DNA from: Mobula hypostoma
Lineage: Eukaryota
DNA: 64,000 bases
Assembly (NCBI RefSeq): GCF_963921235.1
Contig: NC_086117.1
Location: 15,562,001 to 15,626,000, forward strand
Direction: 5' to 3'
Below, in pieces: positions 1-12,010 of the stretch; within the stretch, counting starts at the first letter, position 1, and the number at the start of each line of letters is the position of its first letter. The notes beneath the pieces are model-generated. The model saw only the letters and a program-made list of their open reading frames with translations. It was not told the DNA's origin and did no database searches. The position numbers and the translations under genes are program-made.

Positions 1-626
1 TTAAAACTTCAGGGCAAAAAATAGAATGCGGATCAATGATGTAACAAGTCAATAGAATGCTGAGCAATGATGTAACAAGTCACTTTACTCTGTTGTCACT
101 GTATAATAAAATGCCATAATATGTTAACATAGAGCAAAAATAACCATTTCTACAAAAGAAGTGTTGAACCTGGTATAATAATACTGCGCGGCATGTTATA
201 TCACCAGCCGTTCGCACCCTCTAAACCATGCTTGTTGCAAATTCAGCCAATTCCACCCATCCAACTGGTATTTTGCAAACAAATGCAGCCACTAGTGTTT
301 TAGGCATTGGTACATCTAGACAATAGATGAAATTGGATTATGCAGCAAATTTTTGAAGAGTCCATTCTGCAGTTACTCGCCATAATAGTGGGTTTTAGTT
401 CAATCCCCCCCTCCCCGTACGGATTATGAGCAATGTTCACTGTGGGATACGGTACAGACGTGTCAACTTGTACAGTCTCATCATCACCACCAATAGAAAC
501 ATGGAGCTTTGAAAGTGGCCCGTTCTTTGGTGCGGCGCGGAGTCGTCGCAGGAGCCCTCCCGCTCTTGAAGCGCCTCAGCAGACTGGACACCCTGGGCCT
601 AAAGTTTACCCACAGACGCCCGTTGA
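1..626 (-). other. NTNG2: NTNG2 3' UTR (continues beyond window start)
   Basis: Directly downstream of the stop codon; no minus-strand AATAAA seen in 1-626. Confidence 0.7.
20..81. repeat. 31-bp tandem duplication (2 copies, 2 mismatches)
   Basis: aatagaatgcggatcaatgatgtaacaagtc / aatagaatgctgagcaatgatgtaacaagtc. Confidence 0.9.
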
Positions 627-847
627 CTAGGAGAATGCAGCCACCAGCAGCAGTGTGAGAGCGTAGAGCAGGGCAGTGCCCGGGCCGAGGGATGAGACGG
701 GCGCCGCGTTGCAATCCTCGTCCTGCAGGTCGCATTTGCGGCTTTCGCACAGGACGCCGGTGTAGCCCTTGGGGCAGAGGCAGCGCTGGTTCTGACGGCA
801 GGTCCCGCCGTTCTGGCACAGCAGGAGTTCATTGTCGCAGATATTTG
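627..847 (-). CDS. NTNG2: NTNG2 last coding exon: EGF-like domain plus hydrophobic GPI-anchor signal
   Basis: Acceptor ttttgtctccctcag|CA, phase 1. Encodes (P)[39 protein letters not shown]...[19 protein letters not shown] at 627-629. Confidence 0.95.
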
Positions 848-954
848 CTGAGGGAGACAAAAGGGCAGCTTTTAAGATCGGGAAGGGTTGAGGGGAAGTG
901 AGGTTGAAACTTTTAAAACTGTTATTTCAGGAAGCAGGAGCCGCACACAAAAGC

Positions 955-1200
955 GGGTGGCACGATACTGTAGCAGTTAGTGCTTTGCTCTACAGCCCCA
1001 GCAGCCAGGGTTCAATTCTCACTGTTGTCTGTGAGGAGTTTGTACGTTCTCACTCTGACTGCATGGGTTTCCTCCGGCTGCTCCGGGTTTCGCTCCACAT
1101 TACAGAGTTCTGTGGGTTAATGGGTGTAATTGAGCGGTGTGAGGTCATTGGCCAGAGGGGCCTGTAAACCGTGCTGTACGTCTAAAATTAAATTTAAAAA
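955..1200 (+). mobile_element. tRNA-derived V-SINE (HE1-like)
   Basis: B-box gggttcaattc followed by gagtttgtacgttctc...gggtttcctccgg. Related copies at ~18255-18500(+), 27210-27510(+), 48840-49050(-), 50560-50820(-), 51440-51600(-), 53130-53370(-), 63720-63960(-). Confidence 0.8.
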
Positions 1201-1219
1201 TAAAGGTGGAGACTGAGAG

Positions 1220-1440
1220 AGTTGAACATTTATGGGGGGAGACGCCAGAGACTGCAGACGCCAGAATCCGCAGCAACACCCTAAACGCTGGAGGAGATGA
1301 ATAGTCCAGGTGAAGGGTCTCAACCTGAAAAATCAACTGCCCATTTCCCCCTACAGTTGCTGCCTGACCCGCTGAGTTTCACCAGCTTTTGCTTTGTGTA
1401 TCGCTCCAGATTCCAACATCTGGGGTTTCTTGTGTCTCCA
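1220..1440. mobile_element. Penelope-derived non-autonomous fold-back element (degenerate)
   Basis: Inverted termini (ctgcagacgccagaatc / gattccaacatctg) and a degenerate tgaagggtctcaacctgaaa motif. Confidence 0.65.
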
Positions 1441-1869
1441 GTTCTAAGAAGTGATTTCAACCCCTCTGACCTCCCCCCAGAAATTATACTGGGCAAGTGC
1501 ATTTTCCCAAGACATTTCAATTTGGCTGCTGCTACTGTGACACCAGTTAGAAGAGACCTGTGTGTAACCGTTACTGCCACCTGCTGGTGAGTCTAGAGAA
1601 CTGGTTTACTCCGGCACTTTTATTTTCTTATAAAGTTTGGGCTGTTTTGGTGGAGGTACTAATTTTTAAAAAAATCAAAGTCATAATAAATCACAATAAA
1701 AATGTATTTACAAGAATAAACCATGCAATGCAGTTTCTTTCTTTCATAGTCAATACTCTCAGTACTGTTTTATTACATTCCTACCCATCAATAGCACTGC
1801 TGCTACTCGTGGTCCTCACAGGTAGTATATTATTACAATAGTTAATTCAATGAAGTTACAAGTCGCTCC

Positions 1870-3175
1870 TATCACAGCCCCTCTTTCCCTCCTGCCTCAT
1901 CCCATGACATAATGGCATTATGAGGGGCAGGACGTGCCTCACGAGCCTGATTGAATTCTTCGAGGGCATGACAAAACATGTTGATGAAGGTAGAGCAGTG
2001 GATGTGGGGTATATGGATTTTTCTGAGGTGTTTGTCAAGGTTTCCCATGGCAGGCTCCTTCAGAAAATCAGGAAGAATGGCTGTGCGAAATCAGCAGAAT
2101 TCAAAATTCAGATTCCGAAAAATTCAGGATTGGCTTGCCTGAAGAAGGCAGAGAGTGGTAACAGATGGAGCATATTCCGCCTGGAGATCCAGGACCAGCG
2201 GTATTCCTCAGGGACCCCTGCACTTTGTGATTTCTATAAATATCCTGGATGAAGAGGTGGAAGGGTGGGTTAGTAAGTTTGCAGATGACACGAAGGTTGG
2301 TGATGTTGTGGATCCTGTAGAAGGTTGTCATGGATCAGTGGGACATTGATGGGATGCAGAGCTGGGCTGGGAAGTGGCAAACGCAGTTCAATCTGGATAC
2401 ACTTTGGAAGGTCGAACTTGAAGACAATATACAGGGTTAATGGTAAGATCCTTAGTAGTGTGGAGGATCAAGAGGGATCTCAGGGTCCACATCCATAGAG
2501 CCATCAAAGTTGCCGCACAACTTGATAGGGTGGTTAAGAAGGTGTATGGTGCGTTGGCCTTCATTAGTCAAGGAATTGATTTCAAGAGCCACAAGTTAAT
2601 GTTGCAGTTCCATAAAACTCTAGTTAGACCACACTTGGAGTATTGTGTTGAGTTCTGGTCCCCTCATTATAGGGAGCATGTGGAAGCTTCAGAGAGGGCA
2701 CAGAAGAGACTTCCCAGGTTGCTGCAAGGATTAGAGACCATGGCTTATGAGGTTAGGTTGAGAGAGCTATGGCTTTTCCCTTTGGAGCCAAGTAGGATGA
2801 GAGGTGACTTGACAGAGCAGGTCAAGATGATAAGAGGCACAGATCCAGTGGGCAGCCAGACTTTTTCTTTCCCAGGACAGAAATGGCTAATACAAGAAGG
2901 TATACTTTTAAGGTGATTGGAGCAAAGTATAGGGGAGAGGCCAGAGGTAGATTTTAAACACAGAGAGGGATGGGTGCATGGAACGTGCTGCCAGAGGTGG
3001 TGGCAGACGCAGATACATTAGGGACATTTAAGCGATTCTTATTAGGCACATGGATGATAGAAAGGGGGAGGGCCATGTGGGAGGGAAGAGTTAAATTGAT
3101 CTTGAAGAAGGTTACAAGGTCGGCACAACATTGTGGGCTGAAGGGCCTGTACTGAACTGTACTGTTCAATATTCT
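1870..3175 (+). mobile_element. CR1 LINE, 5'-truncated, decayed ORF2 reverse transcriptase and 3' UTR
   Basis: CLTSLIEFFE, GIPQG, SKFADDTK and LVRPHLEYCVEFWSP fragments in shifting frames. Confidence 0.9.
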
Positions 3176-3520
3176 ACCACAATATCTCTAACTTTTCCCA
3201 GTTCTGATGGAAGAGTATTGAGCTAAAAAGTCGAGTGATCTTCCCTCTGCTAATGCTGCCTGACCTTTTAATCATTTCCAGCATTTTCTAACTTTGTCTC
3301 AGAGTTCCAACATCTGCCCTGTTTCTTTCCCTTCAGGTTAACTTTGGGCAGCGCCTGTTCCATCTGCCCGCGTTCGGTTCGCACTGTCTCTCGACCTGCT
3401 TGGGGTCTGGCCATGGGAACACTTAATGATCTTCAGCAGCTTGTCTCGGATGCGTCAGGGTTGAGATTATTGCTAATGGCCCACCGCAATGCTTCCAACT
3501 CTACAGCCACGGTTACTCAC

Positions 3521-3655
3521 GGAAGCAGCCCTGTCTCCAGTGGAATCCTGGTTTACAATCATCACACTTCACGCCCGTTGCTCCTTCCCTACATTCACAG
3601 TGTCCAGTCTCATTGCAGCGATCGTGCCTCGATCCGTGTTGATTGCAGTTGCATA
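3521..3655 (-). CDS. NTNG2: NTNG2 laminin-EGF 3 exon (135 nt, phase 1-1)
   Basis: aaacag|TA...TTCC|gtgagt. Encodes (V)[44 protein letters not shown]. Confidence 0.95.
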
Positions 3656-3764
3656 CTGTTTTTTAAAAAACACATTTTAGTACTTCAGGGAATATTCAAG
3701 ACACACTTTCCTCAAACTTGTCCCAGTACAGGGCTGTTTCAGGCGTAAAAAGAAAAAGGGAGCA

Positions 3765-4565
3765 AAATCTCATATTCCGCCTGGGTAGCCTCCAACCTGA
3801 TGGCATAAACGTTTATTTCTCCTTCCAGTAAATGTTTTCCATCCCCCTTCCCACTTTGTCTATTTCTCACTCTGCCCTCACCTGCCTATCACCTCCTCCC
3901 GGTGCCCCTCCTTCTTCCCTATCTCCCGTGCTCAAATCCCCCCTGCAAGCAACACACACGAAATGCTGGAGGAACCCAGCAGGCCGGGCAGCATTTATGG
4001 ATAAAAGAATAGTTTACGTTTTCCGCCCAGACTCTCAGGCAGGACTGGAGAAAAACAGCTGAGGAGTAGATTTAAAAGGTGTGGGGGGGGGGGTGAGGAG
4101 GAGGAGGGAGAGGGAGGGGGGAGGGGGAGGGGGAAGGTGGAGAAAAAGAAAGAAAGAAACACAAGGTGATATGTGAAACCGGGAGGGAGAGGGATGAAAT
4201 AAGGAGCGTGGAAGTTGATTGGTAAAAGAGATACAGGGCTGGAGAAGGGGGAGTCTGATAGGAGAGAACAAAAGGCCATGGATGAAAGAAAAGGGGAAGA
4301 GCACCAGAGGGAGGTAATGGGCAGGCAAGGAGATAAGGTGGAACAGGGACAAGGGGATGGGGAAAGGTGAAGGGAGGGTATTACTGGAAGTTCGAGAAAT
4401 CAATGTTCATGCCATCAGGTTGGAGGCTACCCAGACTGAATATAAAGTGTTGTTCCTCCACCCTAAGTGTGGCCTCATCACGGTAGTGGAGGAGGCCATG
4501 GATAGACGTATCTGAATGGGAATGGGAAGTGGAATTAAAATGGGTGGCCACTGGGAGATCCCGCT
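3765..4565. mobile_element. Penelope-like element remnants in inverted arrangement, with GIY-YIG C-terminus
   Basis: Minus strand 4560-4390 reads LPVATHFNS...EATLRVEEQHFIFSLGSLQPDGMNIDFS; plus strand 3771-3822 reads IFRLGSLQPDGINV; followed by the CT-rich 3' region and terminal repeat. Confidence 0.8.
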
Positions 4566-5199
4566 AGTTTCGGTTGGTGCTCGTCGAATTGGTCTCTCAA
4601 TCAGCACGCCAGTCAGCATCTTTGGAGACATCAGGGCCGGACCTTTCAGCATTTTTACGTATTGCGCTGTACTTATGCCACAAATAGCAAATTTCACGAC
4701 AGATGTCAGCGATAGTAAACCCGGTTCTGATTCGGATTCGGGTACCCCTCTGTACTAATCCCATCCGCCGGCACTGTTCTCAATGTCTTGTTGGTTCAGT
4801 GATATTACCCATTCCAGGTAAACGCTTTGAGAGATTCTGCTTCCACCACCCCTCAAGCGGTGCGTTGCAGATCCCAAACACCCTCCGGGAGAAACTGCTC
4901 TTCGTCAGAGAAAGTTTTTACGCCTCACTCCAAACGTCTGCTCTCTGGTGCCGGACTTCTCCCGTGAAGTTTGCAGCCACCCGTTCCGTTGCCTCGTGGC
5001 GACAACGGAAGAATCGCCAGAACCGGTCGCTCTCCATCAGACCGGCAGAAATAGCCAAGTTCCCGCGAACTGGGGCGGGTGACAGCGTGTCGCCAAGCTC
5101 GGGGACTCACATTGGATTTACAAGGGGAGGGCACACCGCCCCCAGGCTTACGAGAGGCTGGCGGTTCACACCAGTCACTACCTGACAGCGATATTGGTT

Positions 5200-5355
5200 A
5201 CACACACAAAATCTTGGAGGAACTCAGCAGGTCAGGCAGCATCTATAGAGAGGAATAAATGGCGACTATTCATTCCTCTTCATAGATGCTGCCAGACCTG
5301 CTGAATTCCTTCAGCACATTGCGGATTTCCAGCATCTGCAGAACTTCTTGTGTTA
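5200..5355. mobile_element. Penelope-derived fold-back element
   Basis: acacacaaaatcttggaggaactcagcaggtcaggcagcatctat paired with the inverted atagatgctgccagacctgctgaattcc. Similar copies at 6325-6517, 10105-10237, 17670-17885, 23580-23820, 26194-26612, 26695-26832, 36240-36610, 49420-49615, 61915-62360. Confidence 0.8.
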
Positions 5356-6524
5356 GAGATATCGATTGCCAACGTTGTATTAAAAACGGTTCATTGGGGC
5401 AGTCAATTTTTCACTGAGAAATATAATTCACCATCTAAAATGCATGAACAGTGAATCGTCTACCCGTGCCCCCTCTATTCTTTATTCTCTCCTTCTGATC
5501 TGCCCAGATCGTTCCGCCCACACCCAACCATCCCCTCTTTCCACCTCGCCACCCACTCGATCTTCACCCACCCAGTGGGGGCCCTCCGCTAATGTCCCCA
5601 CACCGTACCCACCTCCACTTTCTTTCCTATTAGATTCCGTCTTCTACGGCCCTTCGTTGCCTCCGCTCAACACCTTCCAGCCACTGTCGCTCTTCCCATT
5701 CTTCCCTCCTCCATATGCCTATCGTCCCTCCAAACTTGAATCTCTTTCCCCACCCTTCCGCTCACCTGGCTATTCTTTCAAGACTATTTTCTCCACAGAT
5801 GCTGTCTAACCCGTTAAATTCCTCCGGGAGTTTGTCTTTTTTTTTTAGCTCCAGATTGCAACAGCATGTTGTCTCTCCTAAAACAGGACGATTGTCTACC
5901 CTGGATGAGGCCTGCAGACTTCCAGCCGGGTTCTGCTGACGGCAGCTTCTGATGAGGTCTCGGGACGGACGTGAGAGCGGTCTCTGAATGACCCACTTCG
6001 GGGAAGCTGGCAATGCGGCCAATTGCTGTGCCACTGCCCGACCAATAGATGAGGTTTGGTCCTGTGGACCGGAGGGTCAGCAGCCCCCGTAACTGGAATG
6101 AGCCCGAGACTAGCGCAAAGGTTAACCCGTGGGAGCGCGATCCCTGAGCCTTTCTGAGGCCAATAATGTGAGACCCATAGACATTACAGATCCGATGTAG
6201 GGCACATCACCCCTGGCTCCCTTGCCGACTTTCCATAAGGTGGTCCCTGGGCGCGCTTATAGCCTGACACACCCTGTCATCTATTCCGCACGCAAAATCT
6301 TCAAAATGAATGATACCTAAAGGAACACACACACAAAATGCTGCAGGAACTCAGCAGGCCGAGCAGCTTCTACAGAAAAGAGTAAACAGTCTACTTCACG
6401 GGCTGAGACCCTTCAGCAGGACTTTTCCACATATGCTGCCTCGCCTGCTAGGTTCATCCGGCATTTTGTCTGTGTTGCTTGGATTTCCAGCACCTGCAGA
6501 TTTTCTCTTGTTTGTGATTGGGTA

Positions 6525-7660
6525 TAGAAACATTGAAAACCTACAGCACAATACAGGCCCTTCGGCCCACAATGCTGTGCCGAACATGTACTTACTTTAG
6601 AAATTACCTCGGGTTACACATAGCTCTCTATTTTTCTAATCTCCATATATCTATCTAGGAGTCTCTTAAAAGACCCTATCATATCTGCCTCCACCACAGT
6701 CCCTGGCAGCCCATTCCACGCACTCACCACTCTCTGCACAAAAAAAACTTACCCCTGACATCTCCTCTGTACCTACTCCCCAGCACCTTAAACCTGTGCC
6801 GTCTGGTGTTAGCCATTTTAGCCCTGGGAAAAAAAGCCTCTGACTATCCACACGATCAATGCCTGAAATAATCTTATACACCTCTATCAGGTCACCTCTC
6901 ATCTTTCGTCGCTCCAAGGAGAAAAAGCCGAGTTCCCTCAACCTATTCTCATAGTGCATGCTCCCCAATCTAGGCAACATCCTTGTAAATCTCCTCTGCA
7001 CCCTTTCTATAGTTCCTACATCCTTCCTGCAGTGAGGTGATCAGAACTGAGCACAGTACTCCACGTGGGGTCCTATATAGCTGTAACATTACCTCTCGGC
7101 TCTTAAACGCAGTCCCACGGTTGAGGAAGGCCAATGCACTTGTATGCATTCTTAACCACAGAGTCAATGCGCAGCAGCTTTGAGTGTCCTTGAGTGCCCC
7201 AAGATCCCTCTATCCCTCCACACTGCCAAGAGTCTTACCATTAATTCTATATTCTGCCATCATATTTGACCTACCAAAATGAACCACCTCACACTTATCT
7301 GGGTTGAACTCCATCTGCCACTTCTCAGCCCAGTTTTGCATTTGATCAATGCCCCACTGTAACCTCTGACAGCCCTCCACACTATCCACAACACCCCAAT
7401 CTTTGGGTCATCAGCAAATTTACTAACCCATCCCTCCACTTCCTCATACAGGTAATTTATAAAAATCTCGGAGAGTAGGGATCCTAAAACAGATCCCTGA
7501 GGCACACCACTGGTCACCGACCTCCATGCAGAATATGACCCGTCTACAATCACTCTTTGTCTTCTGTGGGCAAGCCACAAAGCAAGGTCCCCTTGGATCC
7601 CATGCCTCCTTTCTTTCTGAATAAGCCTTGCACGGGGCACCTTATCAAATGCCTTGCTGG
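6525..7660 (-). mobile_element. CR1 LINE 3' fragment
   Basis: SGVPQGSVLG, SKFADD and QRRFTRMLP...RGDLIEVYKI fragments; ttctat-type tail at ~6525. Confidence 0.9.
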
Positions 7661-8684
7661 ATATCTAAAGGGCTGCCATCCATTTGTTTAAATAAATGGG
7701 TGCCAGAAGTCAGCGTCAATGTTTGCAAGGAAGATGCAAGGAAAAGACAGTATTCCTTGTGACCAGTAAAGCGTGAGAGTGATGAGCCTGGCTATTGTGC
7801 CAGAGTAGTGTGAGTAACCTTCTGCATGCCGAATGGCCTAATTCTGCTCCCATGTCATATGGACTTAGGTTAATTAAAACGGACTCCTCTGTCAGTGACC
7901 AGTCGGTGGTCGGTACCTAGTCCAACCTGGCTGAAAATCTCGCCAAGGACAAAGTTAAATGTTGAAAGGGAGATGGAGACTGGACCATGGAACATCCAAA
8001 CCCAGACACCAAAACGAGTACAGAATACCTACGCCGAAACATGCGTAAAATTGCTCTTTGCCGTATTAGCATAAACATTAACTTTACCACACTCTTATTT
8101 TTCAGCAGTTAAACAGAGGAATTTCTGAGCACTGATCAGCTTTTGGTCACAGCTGCCAAGATCGAATGTAACCGAGCAAGAGGAAACCCGGATGTCCCCA
8201 CTTTCTCTGTACCCTTGTCCGGGGAACGCCGCGGACGAGAAGTTTCTGGCGGGGACTGAGCCGCGCAGACTGACTGTGCCGGAGCGACTGGAGAGCAGGG
8301 CGCGGCCTCGACGCTAATTGTGGAATGCTTTACTGCGACTGGGGTATTTAAATTAATTTCTCTTCTCCTTCTCAATCACACTTGTCAACACAGCTTTGTC
8401 AACACGGGGGCGTAAGAAACAGCAGCAACTGTTCTACACACAAAAGAAAACAATGGCAGGGCCAGAGAACCTGCGGGAGATCTTAGCAAACGTTTCACCC
8501 GTTGAGTCCAGGACAGCCCTTCCTCCGCGCTCCTGTTGAGCCCTTGCTGAGAGAGCCTGTTCACAGTTCAACCCTCACATAGACTGACTGACTGGTCACT
8601 GCATAAAATGCTCTGTCAGACACAGGTGAAGGTATCAGAACTGCGGAGCTGTAACCGAATCCAATCAGGTGCAGACCTCTTGAC

Positions 8685-9330
8685 ATAAGACCATAGGGCA
8701 TAGGAGTAGAATTGGGCATTTAACCAATCGAGTCTGCCCCGTTGTTCGATCATGGCCGAGTGAGTATCTCTCTCAATCCCATTCTCCTGCCTTGTCCCGT
8801 AACCTTTGACACCATTACTAATCAAGAATTTATCAATCTCCGCTTTAAATATACCCAATGGTTTCCACAAATTCACCTCCCTCTTGAGAAATAAATACCT
8901 CATCTCTTCTCTAAAGGGACGCCCTTCTATTCTGAGGCTGTGCCCTCTGGTCCTAGACTCTTCCACTACAGGAAACATCCTCTCCACGTCCACCCTACCT
9001 AGACCTTTCTAGACGTCTCGGGATGTCTGTGCCGAAAGCAATGCCAAATTGAACTAAGTCTTTTCTACCTGTATACTTTCCACATCCTTCCATTTCCTGC
9101 ACGGTCACATGTCAATCAAAAATAGTCTTAAATCCAATTTCGTATCTTGTTCTATCAACTCCTTAGCAGCCCGTTCCAACCACCTCTTTGTAAAAATACT
9201 CGTCCCGCACATCCCCTTTAAACTTTCTCCTCTCTTTTGGATGTCCACTCTTTGACATTTCTGTCTCACTGTTTGCCCCCTAACTATGCATCTCGTAATT
9301 TTATGAAGCTCGAACACTCCAGAGAAAACA
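8685..9330 (-). mobile_element. two adjacent CR1 3' fragments
   Basis: DVERMFPVVEESRTRGHSLRI, (cttatggt) tail; an older copy follows at 9040-9330. Confidence 0.8.
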
Positions 9331-9441
9331 ACACAACTTCCAGTAAGGAGTATTTTGTAAACTGAGACGAGAGCTGTTAGAGACTGAAGGCTGAAAAGAA
9401 ATTTGTACAATCCGCTTGGAGTTAAGGTCTCTGGTACTGAC

Positions 9442-9609
9442 CAATACAAACATTCTCGTCGTCTAGTTCAGCAGAGGCGTTGCGATAGTAGCCCAGTCGG
9501 CAGTGCTGGCAGTGCTGCCCCCTGGTGTTGTGTTTGCAGCTAACGCAAGTCACGATCTTCAGATACTCTATGTAACTGCAGCGATTGGAGTGTCCGTAGC
9601 ATTCACAGT
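9442..9609 (-). CDS. NTNG2: NTNG2 laminin-EGF 2 exon (168 nt, phase 1-1)
   Basis: ctttccattttag|AC...ATTG|gtcagt. Encodes (D/N)[55 protein letters not shown]. Confidence 0.96.
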
Positions 9610-10709
9610 CTAAAATGGAAAGTGGAGAGAAGGAAGGAAGGAAGATGAAGATAAATCAGAACCAGTGTAACTTCAATACAGCTAGTTCTTGATAATAATT
9701 ATAGGGATAGAAACGGGGTAATTTACAACTTAAAACAAAAATGCTGATCTGCACATTCTGAAGAATCTCAATTTCCGAACCAGCTTGTTTCCAAAATAGG
9801 ACATTTTGCAAAATAAATGTAATGAATTTGTGTAAGTATTCAGTGCATAGGAAACATCGAAAGAATGGTGAAATAAATAATTAATGAACTTTAAAAAAAT
9901 GAAACAGAATAAAACGAAAGATGTAAATTTTTCCACAGTGTTCCTTTTTGAAAGCAGTAGTTTAAGTTTAAACCCCACGTAGCAAACACAACGTTGCGGG
10001 CGGCCTTTTCCATCTGTAGGCAGTGCACTCCGGGAAGATGAAGACCAATAATTGTTTGACACAATGAATAGATGATCTTCTGGTTGATGACAAAGCTGGT
10101 AAAATCCCGATGAAGGGTCTCAACCCGAAACATTGACTGTTTGCTCATTTTCATAAGAGCTGCATAACCTGCTGAGTTCCTCCAGCAGTTTGTGTGTGTG
10201 TTGCTCTGGATTTTCAGCATCTGCAGAACCTCTTGCGTTAACAATAGGGCCCGTTCACAATGGCAGGAACTCCAGTGAGATGGTTTGGCTTGGGGAGGGA
10301 GGAAGGAGACAGAGAGTAGAAGAGATCAGGAAGAAATCAGGCCTGGGACAACTGAGAGCGGCCGCCATCCTTCCGACCAGTTGTTTCCCACCATTCCTTT
10401 CCATTTTCATGGGGGGGGGGAATACAGAACCAGGTTTGAGACAAAAACAGAGGATGAACCACTTACCTTCACTGGGTCTCTCACCAGGCAAAAATCAAAT
10501 CCACAAGCAGAATTTTCAACTTGCTGTTCTAAAACAGTCACTTGCAATTTCAATCTTCAGACGCTCAATTCATTACTCGGTTAACAGGCATACTTTGTTT
10601 CAAACAGAATAAATAAAGGGTTTCGGATGATCAAAAGCCCAGGGGGCACATAATGTATTCTGTTGCGTATTCTAATTCATTGCTTAGATTGCCAAGCACA
10701 TAATATATA

Positions 10710-11123
10710 CAGTACTATGCGAAAGTCTTGGACACATGCAAAAAAAATCTGTAAAGCAAAGGTACTTTCAAAAATAATGAAATGAAAAGTGTCTACGTAT
10801 CAAAAATTACTATAAAGAGCTGTAATCGGTGTTTTAAAAAAACTAAATCAAATCAATAGTTGTTGTGACCACCTTTAAAACTGGTTCAATTCTCTTCGGT
10901 ACACTATGCTGCAGTTTTATAAGGAATTCGGCTGGTAGGTTGTTCCAAGCATCTTAGAGAACTCGCCACCGTTCTTCTGCAGACTTTGGCTATCTCAAGT
11001 GCTTCTGTCTCTCCAGGTAATCCCAGACAGCCTCGATGATGTTGAGATCAGGGCTCTGTGGAGGCCGTACCATTTGAAAGCGTATAAAAAATCTAGGGTG
11101 CCTAAGACTTTAGCACAGTGCTG
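10710..11123. mobile_element. Tc1/mariner-derived non-autonomous DNA transposon
   Basis: TIRs cagtactatgcgaaagtcttggacac / gtgcctaagactttagcacagtgctg, flanked by TA on both sides. Confidence 0.8.
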
Positions 11124-11529
11124 TATAACATATACAGAATACTGTATTCTTCACAGCCTTGTCTATATCTTTTGGGCTATATATTTATAGTTCCATAGCT
11201 GGCTCAGGAACAAAGAACACTGTGGTCTGAAAGATTCCCTGGTGCGTGAAGCTGAGCCTCAAACTGTTTTTAATTTTTCTTCAAGAAATTAAAGGACAAT
11301 TCGGTTTTGAAGTAGGAAAGCCCGGTTGGGGGGGGGGGGGGCAATCAAGAATAAAACAGTGGCCACTTGAACAGTCCATCAGTGATCACGTCACTTCACA
11401 GCCTTTTCAGATTTAAACCTGACCATACTGCTAAAAATAAAGTTCCTGGTTTAGAAATGATGGCACAAAGTGAGTATGAGATGATTTGTTGCATCTGACC
11501 TGCTGGGAAACACCCATAACCTCAGTTAT

Positions 11530-12010
11530 GGTTAGCTAGTCTAGAGGAGGTTCACGGACTTGAAAGGGTTAACGCGAGACGAGCGTTTGTTGGCTCTGGA
11601 CCTGTACTCGCTGGAGTTTAGGGGGTGGTGGGGGACTCAGTAAAGCCCATATAGTATTGAAGGGCTTAGACAGAGTGGACGTGAAGAGGATGTTTCTTAT
11701 AGTTGGGTAGTCTAGCACCAAAAGGCACAGCTCAGAACAGAAGAACTTCCCTTTAGAAGAGAGATGAGGAGCAATTTATTTAGCCAGAGGATGGATAATC
11801 TGTGGAATTCATGGTGACTGTCAAGGCCAAAGTATATTCCAAGTATATTCAAGGCGGAGGTCGGTAAGTTCTTGGTTAGCAAGGGCGTCAAAGGTTACAG
11901 GGGAAGGCAGGAGAATGGGGTTGAGAGGGATAGTAAGTTAGCCATGATGGAATGACGGTGCAGAGTGGACGGGACGAATCGCCTAATTCTGCTCCTATGA
12001 CTTATGGCCT
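11530..12010 (+). mobile_element. CR1 LINE 3' fragment
   Basis: ctgtactcgctggagttt...tgtggaattc...ctgctcctatgacttatgg. Shorter copies at 13535-13742(-), 16370-16630(-), 23340-23570(-), 24290-24590(+), 39465-39720(-). Confidence 0.85.

Noticed and set aside
105-110. AATAAA near the window start
   Set aside because: On the + strand, so it is not the NTNG2 signal; no plus-strand gene is supported here.
10467-10528. Strong AAG|gtaagt donor with upstream gttttag acceptor
   Set aside because: The segment would be phase 1 to 0 (62 nt), breaking the frame, and has no motif link to the cassette; most likely cryptic.
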